From positions 10,168,001 through 10,232,000 of the forward strand of contig CATNEN010000039.1 of the NCBI GenBank assembly GCA_950097015.1: a stretch of DNA of 64,000 bases, read 5' to 3'. The position numbers and the translations under genes are program-made. Of this stretch, positions 1 through 12,927 are shown one piece after another. The first letter of the stretch is position 1. Each line of letters starts with the position of its first letter. The notes beneath the pieces are model-generated. The model was not told the origin of the DNA, ran no database searches, and was given only the letters and a program-made list of their open reading frames with translations. This DNA is from Macrostomum hystrix (lineage: Eukaryota > Animalia > Platyhelminthes).

Positions 1-2
1 GC

Positions 3-116
3 GGCCAGGCTCGGACCCGCCGCTACGTCGACTGCCTGCTGAGCGACGCCAGGGCGCCCGACACTGCCTCCGGCGCGGACCATGTTCGCGCGCTGGCTCT
101 GCGGCGCATCATTTGA
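3..116 (+). CDS. 3' end of an upstream gene (partial, unknown product)
   Basis: GC-rich open frame GQARTRRYVDCLLSDARAPDTASGADHVRALALRRII ends in TGA at 114-116 and is followed by AT/GT-rich UTR-like sequence. Confidence 0.45.
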   Translation, partial: GQARTRRYVDCLLSDARAPDTASGADHVRALALRRII

Positions 117-651
117 CGCCGCCCCCCTGACGCTTGGGGCTTGCGTATTTTGTTGTTGTTGTGTTGTTGTATCTCCATGTACTGTTAAGTTTTGTGCTAG
201 TGAAATTTTTGTATCTTCTTCTCGTTTAGAGAAAATTTCAACGAAAAACGATGTGTAAGCCAAAAAATAGTACTATGAAAGTTTTACTTTCGTTACGAGC
301 GGTGTTAAGCTGCAACCAGTGTTCATTTGGGTGGGTTAGGCGAAAGAAAATATATTAAATTAAAGGGATCATGCGAGACTGAAACTCAACTCTACGAGAG
401 TATGCCTGCTCAATGGCGTTGTGACTTAATAGATCTGGATGTGACCATACATTTCAATCATAGTTAGTCCCATTTCATTGTCTTTTTTGTTTTACGAGCT
501 GGAAATCCAAAGATAGGCTAGGAAACTGAGATGATTTCTGAAGTGTCGCTTCCAGATCCATGCAGGTGCATTCTTTGGTCCATCATAATTACATGCATGT
601 GTCAGTATTATGGGATTAAAAAAATATGAAATCAACTTTTTATGTATGTAC

Positions 652-1605
652 TTAGGCATCTTCATCAGACTGATTTAGGCTGGAAGTGTCCAAAAACAGA
701 GTCAATTGTATTCTGTTCTATGGTTAGTTTAACAGCCGAATTATTTTAAACCGCATTAAATCACAAAAGCATAGCAATGTAATGAATGAAGTTTAAACCA
801 ATAGCTAGCTGTCTTACCACAACTTCATTAGCCGTTCTCACTAGGCAGCGAACATACGGGCTTGAGATGGACCTTCTCACTGATCTATTCACCACAGGTT
901 TAACGAGCTGCGGGCTGGATTTCAATTTGTTGCAGCTAATTAGCGCGCGTAATAAAACATAATTCCTGACGCTTCTAAAAGGTTGCAGAGTGCGAGCGTT
1001 CTGTTCAGATAAAAACTCACACAGCATCTTCACGAGCCTGCTGTCGCGTGTACGGCTTTGATGCCGGGAAGTTGTAAAGCACCTGTAAGTTGAGAATAAT
1101 AAGTTAGCAATGTCTTAAACTGGTATTCCTGTTGTTAATATAATTCGAACAGATTAATTTACTAATGTCTCCCTCTGATTGCCAGATCTTGTAACGAAGC
1201 CGTTCTCTCGAATCTCAAAATTAAAATGATTTTCTCTGAAAACGGTGAATTTTATATGGGCTTGAGAAGCTTGAATCAAATATAGCCAAGAATATATTTA
1301 AAAGCTATATGAAAATACATTCCATTTACTAAAGTCCTACACTTGTTGAAAGTTGATTATGAAATACGAGCGGATTTAAGCAGAAAGTACGAAACGGCAA
1401 TAGTATATAACGCATGCAGTAAAAAAATTCCCACATCAAGACCGAGTAAGTCAGCTCACAGGTGGTTAGCTACTCGCCGAAGAACCGCCTTAGATACTTT
1501 GTATTCTTCGCCGGGTTCGCCCTCGGCACTTCTGCTGGCCGCCAACGATGTGGATGATTTCGGGCCCGTCTTTTGCCGTCTTTTGCCAGCAGATTTTGAT
1601 GACAT
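652..1605 (-). CDS. Hypothetical 147-aa basic protein, 5 exons, divergent from DCTN2
   Basis: Exons 1605-1460, 1235-1163, 1082-1021, 914-818 and 717-652 join in phase with GT-AG introns (donors GTGAGC, GTAAAT, GTGAGT, GTAAGA; last acceptor ACTAACCATAG). Protein MSSKSAGKRRQKTGPKSS...NRIQLTLFLDTSSLNQSDEDA*. No recognised homology. A 2-exon alternative (1605-1460 + 1082-761) is also in frame. Confidence 0.55.
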
Positions 1606-2047
1606 TTAGGAAGCAAATATTTGTTGTAAACAGTTGTCCTACGTTAAATAAAGAGTCTCAAACTAAAATATCGAATTAAAAAATAAACTTTATTTAAAAA
1701 AAACGAACACATCTTCTGAATTGAGTAGGCGCAAAAACACTACTGTAAATAAATCAATTTCGAATAAAAACCCGAGAATTTTTTATTTCATGCTTATTAG
1801 TTTTACAAACGGTTTATTTTATTATTTATTTAGTTTTATTGTTAAAAACAACAATAAATAAAGGTAACCGTTGTTATTCTGCATGATTGAAGTGAAGCAC
1901 CTTTTAAAAATGTTATATATATAATATGTGATTTTTCTAAGAAATATTTCGAGTCTTGAATCAGGTAAAAACACGGGTCTAGATTTATTGAGTTGGCTCT
2001 AGTTAGTTAATACGTAGTTGTGAGTTTCCCAAGATATCACAATAAAA

Positions 2048-5000
2048 ATGCCTTTGGATCCAAAGTACAGCAGCCTTCCTTACATTGTAAGTAGGGAAAT
2101 AAAAGTTTTTATTTTTAATCAGTCAAAATGTAAAGATATTAGCTCGTATTTATTTTTTTCTTGTCGATTACCATCAAGTATCATAACTCATGAAGTATGA
2201 AGTGTCAAAATCATTTTAACACATTAAAAAGTTACATGTTGGAGTAGTGTGTCGACTGCTAAAGTATAAGTAGCCCACAATTAGTATATTCTCTTAGCAC
2301 TAAATACATTAGTCATTAGTTGCTAGTAACATTATTTGTTGCCATCAATGCCATAATGCTTAGATTTATTAATGCTACTCTTTTGGATATTAAGTTGCCT
2401 AGCAAAGAAAAGGCATTGGTAGGATTGTGAGTTATCATTTACAACTGAAGACAGATTGACAAAAATCTATAAATTTACTATTCTTAAATTGCAACTATAT
2501 TATCTGGCTAGATAAGGCCTAACATAAATTCATAATGTGGAATCTTGAAAGTGAAATTTGTGAATAGCTGCTATGTCTATTTGTTTTATTTCTTTAAGTA
2601 AACCAAAATTAAGCTCTTATAATATAATTTTAATTGATGATATTTATTATATCAGTTCTTATTCTTATATTTCATGAAAACAGACAAATAGGCAAATAGC
2701 TAATTGATATCAAATGATTATTTTTGTCTTTAGACAACCTTTGCCTTTATATTTAGTAGTGTATTTAGCTATAAATATAAGGCAGAAGGTAGGTCATATA
2801 TAGATACTTTAAGACAAGTAAATGGTTATTTGTCTACCCTCTTTGAAAAACATGTTAAAAATACATTGAAGCACACTTTAAAATTGAGATAGATTGCAAA
2901 AGGTGTTGTCTGCAGATTGTAAATTTTTTCCTATAGGGTAGTTTGGAGACCAGAGGAAATGGGATCATTTAGCTAGTATTTAAAAAATAATAGAAAATAA
3001 ATTGTACTATTGGCATATATATATTGTTTATTTTTTCTGATAGAGTTTTATTTTGTTTACTAAAAATGGTAGGAACTCAGAAGGAGTCTCAAGTCATTTA
3101 TGCTTTTGTCCACATTAGCTAGTAAAACAAAATAACTCAAAATCATTGTATTTTGTTTCACAGGCTACTGGACAGCCAGATGTGTATGAGTCTGGTGACC
3201 TCCCAGAGAGTGACCAACTTGGTCGAGTCAGTGTAAGCTTTTGTTTTTATTCACTTTATGTAAACATCTAATAAAAACATATCAAGCAGATTGCTTCAAT
3301 AGTCTTCTTGTAACTAATTTGGTACAATTCTAGGCGCCCAGCAACCAGCCTGAGTCCTCGGCCGATGTTGACCAATCCCGCTTAGATCCGGCTGCAGCCG
3401 CCACTCGATTCAAAGGCAAACAGCTGGACTCCAGCCAGGTTGACTTCACCGACGCCATCAGGGCTGGTAGGCGAGTCGGCTATTCGAATGGCGCAGGAGA
3501 TCTTGAACTGCTTGACGAGGCTGGCCGAGCTGAGGAGACTCCGCTGCAGAAGTTCAGGTGGGGCTTCGTTGAGGAATCAATAGGGAATGAAGAGAGAAGG
3601 AAGGAAGATGGGGAATGAAGATATTATGAATATGAAGGAAGATGGAGAATGAAGAGATAATGAAGGAAGATGGGGAATGAAGATAATATGAATATGAAGG
3701 AAGATGGGGAATGAAGATATTATGAATATGAAGGAAGATGGGGAATGAAGAGAGAATGAAGGAAGATGGGGAATGAACAGATAATGAAGGAAAATGGGCG
3801 ATAAGGAGAGAGCGAAGGAAAATGGACGATGAAGAGAGAATGAAGGAAAATGGGCGATGAAGAGAGAAGGAAGGAATATGGGGAATGAAGAGGTAATGAA
3901 GGAACATGGGAAATGAAGAAAAATGAAGGAAGATGGGGAATGAAAAGATAATGAAGGAAGATGGGGAATGAAGATATTATGAAGGAAGATAGGGAATGAA
4001 GAGAGAATGAAGGAAAATGGGCGATGAAGAGAGAATGAAGGAAAATGGGCGATGAAGAGAGAATGAAGGAAAATGGGCGATGAAGAGAGAAGGAAGGAAG
4101 ATGGGGAATGAAGATATTATGAAGGAAGATAGGGAATGAAGAGAGAATGAAGGAAAATGGGCGATGAAGAGAGAGTGAAGGAAAATGGGCAATGAAGAGA
4201 AAGTGAAGGAAGATGGGGAATAAAGAGGGAATGAAGAAGGGCATGAAGACATTAGACAAGGACTTAGATGTTTGGAAAATTGTGATAAGAAAAGGAAAGA
4301 GAGGAAGTAGTAAATTAGCGATTTTAAAATAAGCAAGTGGCCAGGAAAAATCTGCAAGACGGAATCCTTCAAACCGATAGTTTAAGCCAGAGCAAAACCA
4401 AATAATAACAGGCGGCTGCAGGCGGAAATCGCCGGCCTCGCTGCCGCGGTCGAGGAGGCTCGTAAATCAGCCGAGAGCGGCGTCAGCGGTAGCGGCGAGG
4501 ATGTCTCGCCAGACCAGCTGGCAACGATGATTCGCGGCACCCAATCGGAGCTGCTGGCTCTGCATCTGGACTCCGTGCTGGGACCGGACGCCCAGGGGCT
4601 GCACGTCTTCGACCCTGAGGGCTGCTTGGAGAAGCGATTGGCTGGCCAGCTGGAGCGCCTGGGCAAACAGCAGGGCGGCACCGCGGCCGCTTCGAAGGGC
4701 GGCGATGGCCAGCTGGTGTACGAGGTGAGCCGTGCGAGCTGGCCTGCTCGGGAGAAGGAAATGGATGAGGGTAGATAAGAATTGGGATGAGAGAATATGA
4801 TATTGGGATGAGAGTAGATGAGATTGGGAATATTGGGATGAGTAGATGAGATTGGGATGAGAGTAGATGAGACTGTGATGAGAGTAGATGCGAATGGGAT
4901 GAGAGTAGATAAGAATGTGATAATATTAGATAATAATGGGATGAGAATTGATAAAATGGGATTAGGGTAGATAGGAATAGAATAAGATTAGATAAAATTT

Positions 5001-7534
5001 GGATGAGAGTAGATAAGAATAGGATCAGAGTAGAGAAGAACGGGATGTAACTAGATGAGACTGGGATAGAGTATATAAGAAAATGATGCGATTAGACAAG
5101 TATCAAGTGCTCTGAAATAAACTATTTTCTCCTGCCTTGAAGGCTGCAGCTCACTCGCTCCTCACGCACACGTACCTACCAGGTGTACTCCAAACCCGGT
5201 GGCGGCGGCCCGGCCATCCCGAAGGACTTGGAGGCCCGGCTAGCCCGCCTGGAGGCAGCCGTCGGCGAGCCTCATCTGCGCGCCCCGGCCCTGTCCGGCG
5301 ATCTGGCCGGCCGGTCGCTGATCGACGCTGCCCACCGGCTGGCTGGCAAGATGGCCCTGCTGGAGCCCGCCAGTCTTGAGCAGCTGGACTCGCGCCTGGC
5401 CGCTCTGAACCACCGCCTGGCCCAGCTCACTAACGACAAGCGGGAGCCGCTGGTCGATGCCGACACTCAGGTGGGATAGGAATGGGACTGTGGGATAGGG
5501 GATGGAACTGTGGGATAGGGGATGGAACTGTGGGATAGGGGATGGAACTGTGGGATAGGGGATGGAACTGTGGGATAGGGGATGGAACTGTGGGATAGGG
5601 GATGGAACTGTGGGATAGGTCACGGGGCTGTGGGATAGGGGATGGAACTGTGGGATAGGGGATGGGACTGTGGGATAGGGGATGAAACTGTGGGATAGGG
5701 GATGGGACTGTGGGATAGGGGATGGAACTGTGGGATAGGGGATGGAACTGTGGGATAGGGGATGGAACTGTGGGATAGGGGATGGAACTGTGGGATAGGG
5801 AGGGGATGGAACTGTGGGATAGGGGATGGAACTGTGGGATAGGGGATGGAACTGTGGGATAGGAATGGGACTGTGGGATAGGGAGAGGGGAGTGGCACTT
5901 TAAAATAGGGAAATAGAACAGGGGATGTGAAGGGACATAGCGGCTTGTTAAAGTGGGTTAATAAACTAAATCCCTGTTGATCCCGCAGGCTCGAGTTGCT
6001 GAACTCTACGAGCTGGTGAAAAAATGGGACGGCATGGCCGACTCTGTGCACGGCATTGTTGGCCGGCTGACTGCGCTGCGCGAATTGCATGAGCAGGTCT
6101 GCGACTGCTGCTGCTAATGCTTAATGCATTATTAACCGCTCCATAGGCTGAAACTTTGATTGCTTTTAACTGGGGCCCAATCCACTAGCTGCAACGCTAT
6201 CCAGTCTACTAGCTGCAACCCTATCCTGTCCACTAGCTGCAACCCTATCCTGTCCACTAGCTGCAACCCTATCCTGTCCACTAGCTGCAACCCTATCCTG
6301 TCCACTAGCTGCAACCCTATCCTGTCCACTAGCTGCAACCCTATCCTGTCCACTAGCTGCAACCTATCCAGTCCACTAGCTGCAACCCTATCCTGTCCAC
6401 TAGCTGCAGCCCTATCCAGTCCACTAGCTGCAGCCCTATCCTGTCCACTAGCTGCAACCAGTCCTGTCCACTAGCTGCAACCCTATCCTGTCCACTAGCT
6501 GCAACCCTATCCTGTCCACTAGCTGCAACCCTATCCTGTCCACTAGCTGCAACCCTATCCTGTCCACTAGCTGCAGCCCTATCCAGTCCACTAGCTGCAG
6601 CCCTATCCAGTCCACTAGCTGCAGCCCTATCCAGTCCACTAGCTGCAGCCCTATCCTGTCCACTAGCTGCAACCAGTCCTGTCCACTAGCTGCAACCCTA
6701 TCCTGTCTGTCCACTAGCTGCAACCCTATCCTGTTCACTAGCTGCAACCAGTCCTGTCCACTAGCCCATCCCGTTTCTAAATCCCACCTGCTGCAAGCCC
6801 ATCCAGTTCCTAAATCCCACCTGCTGCAAGCCCATCCAGTTCCTAAATCCCACCTGCTGCAAGCCCATCCAGTTCCTAAATCCCACCTGCTGCAAGCCCA
6901 TGCAGTTCCTAAATCCCACCTGCTGCAAGCCCATCCAGTTCCTAAATCCCACCTGCTGCAAGCCCATCCAGTTCCTAAATCCCACCTGCTGCAAGCCCAT
7001 GCAGTTCCTAAATCCCACCTGCTGCAAGCCCATCCAGTTCCTAAATCCCACCTGCTGCAAGCCCATCCAGTTCCTAAATCCCACCTGCTGCAAGCCCATC
7101 CAGTTCCTAAATCCCACCTGCTACAAGCCAATCCAGTTCCTAAATCCCACCTGCTGCAAGCCCATCCAGTTCCTAAATCCCACCTGCTGCAAGCCCATCC
7201 AGTTCCTAAATCCCACCTGCTGCAAGCCCATCCAGTTCCTAAATCCCACCTGCTACAAGCCAATCCAGTTCCTAAATTCCACTTGCTACAAGCCAATCCA
7301 GTTCCTAAATCCCACCTGCTGCAAGCCCATCCATTGTTAATCCTCAACCTGCAGGCCATGCAGTTCTCGGGTGCGCTGAATCTCATTGACCAATCGCAGC
7401 GCGCCAGCTCCGCCCAGTTGGAGTCGGCTTCGGCTCTGCTAAGCGGCCTCGAGCAGCGACTGCAGCTCGATTTAAAAACTGTCGAAGCCAACACTGCCGG
7501 ACTGCAGGAGAGAATCAAGGCACTAGGAAAATAA
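2048..7534 (+). CDS. DCTN2: Dynactin subunit 2 (dynamitin/p50), 7 exons, about 406 aa
   Basis: join(2048-2086,3164-3232,3334-3557,4412-4724,5183-5470,5989-6096,7355-7534), all GT-AG and in phase. Motifs [52 protein letters not shown] and LHEQAMQF match dynamitin. Confidence 0.95.
3584..4240 (+). repeat. Purine-rich ~28-bp minisatellite in DCTN2 intron 3
   Basis: Degenerate tandem GAAGGAAGATGGGGAATGAAGAGAGAAT. Confidence 0.9.
4760..5095 (+). repeat. Degenerate ~21-bp purine-rich repeat in DCTN2 intron 4
   Basis: Recurrent ATTGGGATGAGAGTAGATGAG-like units. Confidence 0.75.
5471..5885 (+). repeat. 20-bp G-rich minisatellite in DCTN2 intron 5, starting at the donor
   Basis: About 20 copies of GTGGGATAGGGGATGGAACT. 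Confidence 0.95.
6181..6765 (+). repeat. 24-bp minisatellite in DCTN2 intron 6
   Basis: Tandem TCCACTAGCTGCAACCCTATCCTG. Confidence 0.95.
6764..7332 (+). repeat. 33-bp minisatellite in DCTN2 intron 6, abutting the acceptor
   Basis: About 17 copies of AAATCCCACCTGCTGCAAGCCCATCCAGTTCCT. Confidence 0.95.
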
Positions 7535-8270
7535 ACAAAATATTATCCAAAGTGCTTGCAAACTGGAATTGAGCAATTCTCTTTCTCTTGGTATTGTTCC
7601 TATCTGCAAAAATTAATCCAAGTAATAATAGTGTTTGTTATTACACAATTTAGTGTCATTCTATCCACTGGTGATTGAAATATCCTCACCCGTCTGTCGT
7701 TGGTTATAGTTTTAATTCTTGGAAAACTATGGATTTCTATTTCTTTACTCGCAATTTCTAATCCGATGCCATAGTAATTAATATCTATTTGTTATAATGT
7801 TAGATAAGTAAAAAATATGCTACGCTTCCTACTGACAAATCCTCGAGTAGTCTAGTTTGGGTGTGACAAGCTTTACTTGTTTATTTTCTCTGGTCCTCTC
7901 TACAATGCCGGCAGCGATGCACACACGCTGACACAAATTTCTATTTTTAGGATCTATAACATAATACGTTATTCATAAAAATGTGCAGATGTATTTGACT
8001 TGCAGATCAAATGCATTATATATCTTTACACTTTAAAAATATAACGGTTTACTTCAAAATGCTTATTGATAATATCAGCTGCATTCGCTTCAACACAGAA
8101 ATGCTAAATACCGGAAGGTTTTGTAATAGTTTCAAATATTTTTATTTTTGGGATTACGAATCCAAAGATGTGCGATACATTTAGGTGGCTGTGGCTTTAC
8201 AAATGATTGTAAAGCATTTTTGTCGTCTCCAATCGTTCGTTCACTTTCTAATTTAATTGCCTCCGTTTTC

Positions 8271-8935
8271 AAATCTTAACCAGTCATTCTTAAATCTCAG
8301 CTATGTACTTTGAAATCTCACCCATCCATTCTTAAATCTCAGCCCTTCCATTCTCAAATCTCACCCTTCCGTTCTTAAATCTCAGCCAGGTACTTTCAAA
8401 TCTCACCCATCCATTCTTAAATCTCAGCCACGCACTTTCAAATCTCACCAATCCATTCTTAAATCTCAGCTATGTACTTTCAAATCTCATTATTCATTTA
8501 TAAATCTCAGCCACGCACTTTCAAATCTCACCAATCCATTCTTAAATCTCAGCCACGCACTTTCAAATCTCACCCATCCATTCTTAAATCTCAGCCACGC
8601 ACTTTCAAATCTCACCCATCCATTCTTAAATCTCAGCTATGTACTTTCAAATCTCACCAATCCATTCTTAAATCTCAGCCACGCACTTTCAAATCTCACC
8701 CATCCATTCTTAAATCTCAGCCACGCACTTTCAAATCTCACCCATCCATTCTTAAATCTCAGCTATGTACTTTCAAATCTCACCAATCCATTCTTAAATC
8801 GCAGCAATGTACTTTCAAATCTCACCCATCCATTCTTAAATCTCAGCTATGTACTTTCAAATCTCATTATTCATTTATAAATCTCAGCCACGCACTTTCA
8901 AATCTCACCGATCCATTCCTAAATCTCATCCATCA
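8271..8935 (+). repeat. Intergenic 42-bp minisatellite (two AAATCTCA-initiated subunits)
   Basis: Tandem AAATCTCAGCCACGCACTTTCAAATCTCACCCATCCATTCTT. Confidence 0.9.
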
Positions 8936-9273
8936 AATATTCGATCTCAATATTGCTTAGATCCTATCTACTGTACTTTTGTCCCACAAGCTTTGATAAA
9001 AATTATTTTCTCAACCTTACAACGAAGCCTTAACGGCCTCACAAGTCATGGCTGTTCTTTCTATCCCCAGTTCGAGTTGTATCTTGCAGTCTAGTAGGGC
9101 GTGGCCAATGCATCACAGAAGAATCTGAGCTATATAGATTAGATGCCCGCTGCAGTCGCAGGCACATCCCACCTCCCAGTATGGAATAAAATGTTAACGG
9201 AACCCAGGCCTACACGATAAGATCCGCCAGATTTTAGTTTTCGGCTTGAAGTTAATATTTCTTAGCACAATCG

Positions 9274-12200
9274 ATGAACGCTGACAAACGAAGGCTAACC
9301 TACCGAACCGGATCTGCTAGATCGAGGGACACTGCAAACAGTAAGTTCATAATTATCTTTAAAATTATTGATTCACAAATCTGTTCGTAAAACATTTACC
9401 CAATACTCCACACAAAAATCTCACAAAAACACGAATCCCACAACAGACACGAATCCCACACCAGACACGAATCCCACACTAGTTACGAATCCCACACCAG
9501 ACACGAATCCCACACCAGACACGAATCCCACACCAGACACGAATCCCACACTAGTTACGAATCCCACACCAGACACGAATCCCACACTAGTTACGAATCC
9601 CACACCAGACACGAATCCCACACCAGACACGAATCCCACACCCCTACTTCAACAGCAGCCCAGCGCATCCGGCCAACATCTGTGCGCAGCTTGCTGTTGG
9701 CTGGAGGTCGCCGCCTCCTCGGGCTGCTGGCGGCCGCGCTCTGGACGCTGTTGGGAGCTTCCAGTCAGCCGCTGAGGTACTTGGCGCGTCGTCAGGCCTG
9801 CCACAGGCGCACCAAAGAGGGTCTGTTGGTGTTTCAGCCGCCGATGTTTTACCGCGTTCGAGCGTATTTCACATCCGGTTCGTCGCGGATGAATGGGTTT
9901 TGTGTTTTTTCACTCAGTGGGAAGTAACGTCTAGTTCGCTGTTCTTAAGGAAGTCATTTAAATAGATTCAGATTTTCCACAAATTTCAACTTCGGATTTC
10001 CTGCTGAAGATTTCCTTCACATACAGTCTTCCACGAGCATATTTGGAATCTCCACGTATTTGTCTTTAGGATTTTCGTTTGAAAAATCCACTTAAGAAAT
10101 TTCGTTTAGGGTTGAGTTTAATATTCCAATTCGAATTTCCCACTGGTTTCGCATATAACTATCCGGAAAAAAGTGTCGGCCACCTCTGCTTCCCTCCACC
10201 GGCTTAATCCTGTGAACAGAGCGGAAGCAGCGAGCTCAGCTGCTCGAGTGGGCCCAGGCCCAGCTGCCATACTTTACAGTGCACAACTTCTCCACATGCT
10301 GGGCTGACGGCATCACCCTGTGCGCCCTCATGGAGGCCCTGCGGCCCGGCTGCTATCCGCGATACGCTTCTCTCAGGCCGTCACAGAGGGTGGCCAACTG
10401 CGAGCTCGGACTGCGGCTGGCCTGCCGGCACCTGCGAATCCCCGCGGTGAGTAGCTTTAGCCTCCAATACTTGGCATCCACTAAACTAGCAACTTTACGT
10501 GTTTTCTAATTTCCAACACATGTTGCTTATCTTCTTGGTCGTGTCCTGTTTCCCTTGTGCCCCTTTTTCGCAATCCATGAAGCTTCTATTTTATTTGATA
10601 TTTTACAATGGCTCACTCCCTCCCCCAGTTACCGTCATCTTCTGTTCAAACTCAAAATCAAGCTCTCTGGTTAGAGCTGATGCGAGCCTATCGCCAATCG
10701 GCCCCACAATTACAATTAGGGCGTTGTAAGCGCGCCGGAGATGTCGCAGTCGTCAAGCGACTTCAAAGTCTACCAGCTGGTGCTGATGATCCGCCACCAG
10801 GCTGAGAATGTCTGCCCGCCGCCGCACCAACCACAGGCGCGAAGTCATTCGCAGCTGAGCAAGTCTCGCAGCTACTCAAATCCAGCTCAAACCAGTTTTA
10901 ACAGCATCGATAACAATAAAGGAGTCGGAGATGGCGAAGGCGAAGACGAGCAAGATGATGTCGAGGATGACGCGATGGATTGTCGGACGACACGCCAGTT
11001 GGTGCGACAGTGCTCAGCAAGAGGCATCGGGCTTCAGTCGGCCGTGGTCGGCCGGCCAGCTAAGTTCACCGTCCAGCTGCCGACTGTCGATCTCGGCGAC
11101 CGTAGCAGCTCAGTGGTCAGCTTGTCGATTCGCAGTCCGCTTGGTGAGGTTTTTCGACTCGACCGGCTGCCTGCGTACTGTTGCCTCAGCCGGCGAAAGG
11201 TCGCAGCCGCAGCGGTCACCGCCATGGCCACCCAGATTGGCCAGGGAGAGCCCGGCAACAGTTTGAAAGTGACCATGCTGTACCTGAGTTGCGATCGATT
11301 TCAGGTAGGCAAAGGACCAATTTCAGAACTTATCGTGGTGATAAGGCTTTCAACAAAAGTAAATCTTTCTGTTAGACCATGTAGCTTCGAGCATTAGCTC
11401 GTAGACTAAGCTATATAATAATATTGCTGCAGAAGTTCTTAGTAAGTAGGCCCAGCTCGTTTTAACACTAGGACAAAAAGTTAACATAACATCTGTTGAT
11501 TCATACACACCCCAAAAGATCGTATGGTATCCCAACACCGATGGCAATCACGAGGTGTCCGTCCGTTTTCGCGGCAACCACGTCAACGGCAGCCCGTTTG
11601 CCGTCTACGCCAGACGGGCAGACCAGCTTAACGACCTGCGCCTGCTCGACGAGGGGCTTGGAAGTGCCGATATCAACAAGCTGCGGCAGCTCCGCAGCGA
11701 ATTGACCCTGCGGTCCTGGGGCCGCGGCGACACCGGTAACAGCGACCCTGATTGCACCGTAGGCGGTGCCAGATTTCGCAGGCAGCCCTGCCTTGCCGAA
11801 CCGTCCCTGTCTTCGACAACGTCGAATTCCAAGTCGTCGGGGTCGACATCCGTAAGTAGACGGAAGGATAATCAAAGGAAACAGCAGCAAAACCAGCAGC
11901 AAGATGAGCAAGAACAGCAGCAGCAGCAGCAGCAGCATCAGCAGGAGAAGCAAGAGCAGAAACAACAACAGTTGCAGCTAGACCTCAAGTCTAATTTACA
12001 CGTATGTGCGAGTTTGTAAATTACTTGTGAAAGTTTGTGTGAAAAAAATGTGAGCTTGAAAATAACTTTTTAACATGTTCAGAGAACCAGTGGCAACGAT
12101 ATCGCTTGAAACCCAAACAGGATCAGCAATTTAAAATGACATTGAAGACAAGGTCACCTCCATCACCGACGCCGTCACATTCGCAGCAGCGACGCATTAT

Positions 12201-12927
12201 CGGTCTCGTGCATGTTATTCAACGTTCGCCGTCACCAACCCCAGTGGCAGCAGCAGGAGTTGCCAGTTCAACTTTGGCAGACTCAGCCGCCTTCCTCGAG
12301 CAGCAACGGCAGCTTCGTAAGATTGACTTTGTCCCAGTTGGCTGCAGCCTGAGCACTGAGAGCACAGACAGTCAGCTGCGAGCTCAGAAAAACCAACCGG
12401 AGCAACCGCAAGCCGAGCTTACGAACCCATCGTCACATCAACAACCAACGCTAATTCAGAGTCTTGTTGAAGCTCAGAAGCCGCTGCCAAGTCAAGAAAC
12501 CGCGGCATATGTGAGAAGACAGATTCCGGAATTGCAGCTAACTCAGCAGACCTCACAAGTCGTTGAGTCTGAACTATTTCAAATTGACATAAGTATGCAA
12601 TGTGGACAGCTTCCGTCGGTGTCACAGGTTCACCAGAAGCAGCACCAGCAATCAGCGAGGAAATCATCGACAACCAGCGGCTCAGTGCGCAGCTCGGCGC
12701 TGATGCGTCAGGACACGGTTTTTGACGACTTCAGCGGCGGCGTCGGTCCAGCCGTCTGGCCCGAGGAGGTTGCAGAGGCTAAGCGCCAGGAGCGGGCCGA
12801 AACGCGCGACTTTCAAGCTCAATGCGACTACGAGCAGATCAAGACCGAGACCGGCTGGAGAAGGCAGCCCCAGCGAATGCGCCTGCGCCAACGGGCGGAG
12901 GGGACGTCGATGCCTTCGTCGACTTAG
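9274..12927 (+). CDS. Calponin-homology plus single filamin-repeat protein with Q/S-rich tail (about 790 aa)
   Basis: Probable exons 9274-9340, 9656-9820, 10220-10446, 10720-11304, 11519-12001 and ~12091-12927. Filamin-type CH2 (QLLEWAQAQLPYFTVHNFSTCWADGITLCALMEALRPG) and filamin Ig repeat (ARGIGLQSAVVGRPAKFTV...VWYPNTDGNHEVSVRFRGNHVNGSPFAVY). The 5' exon and last junction are less certain. Confidence 0.75.
9430..9640 (+). repeat. 18-bp C-rich minisatellite ending near an acceptor
   Basis: Tandem ACGAATCCCACACCAGAC / ACGAATCCCACACTAGTT. Confidence 0.9.

Noticed and set aside
630-680. Minus-strand CTGATGA as a hammerhead core
   Set aside because: GAAA is absent and the bases are better explained as codons S-D-E in the last exon of the small minus-strand gene.
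3554-9775. Repetitive ORFs such as (LQLVDRIG)n, (GWACSRWDLGT)n, (KSQPRTFKSHPSIL)n and (TNPTPD)n
   Set aside because: They are translations of intronic or intergenic minisatellites, open in several frames and strands, and most lie inside introns of well-supported genes.
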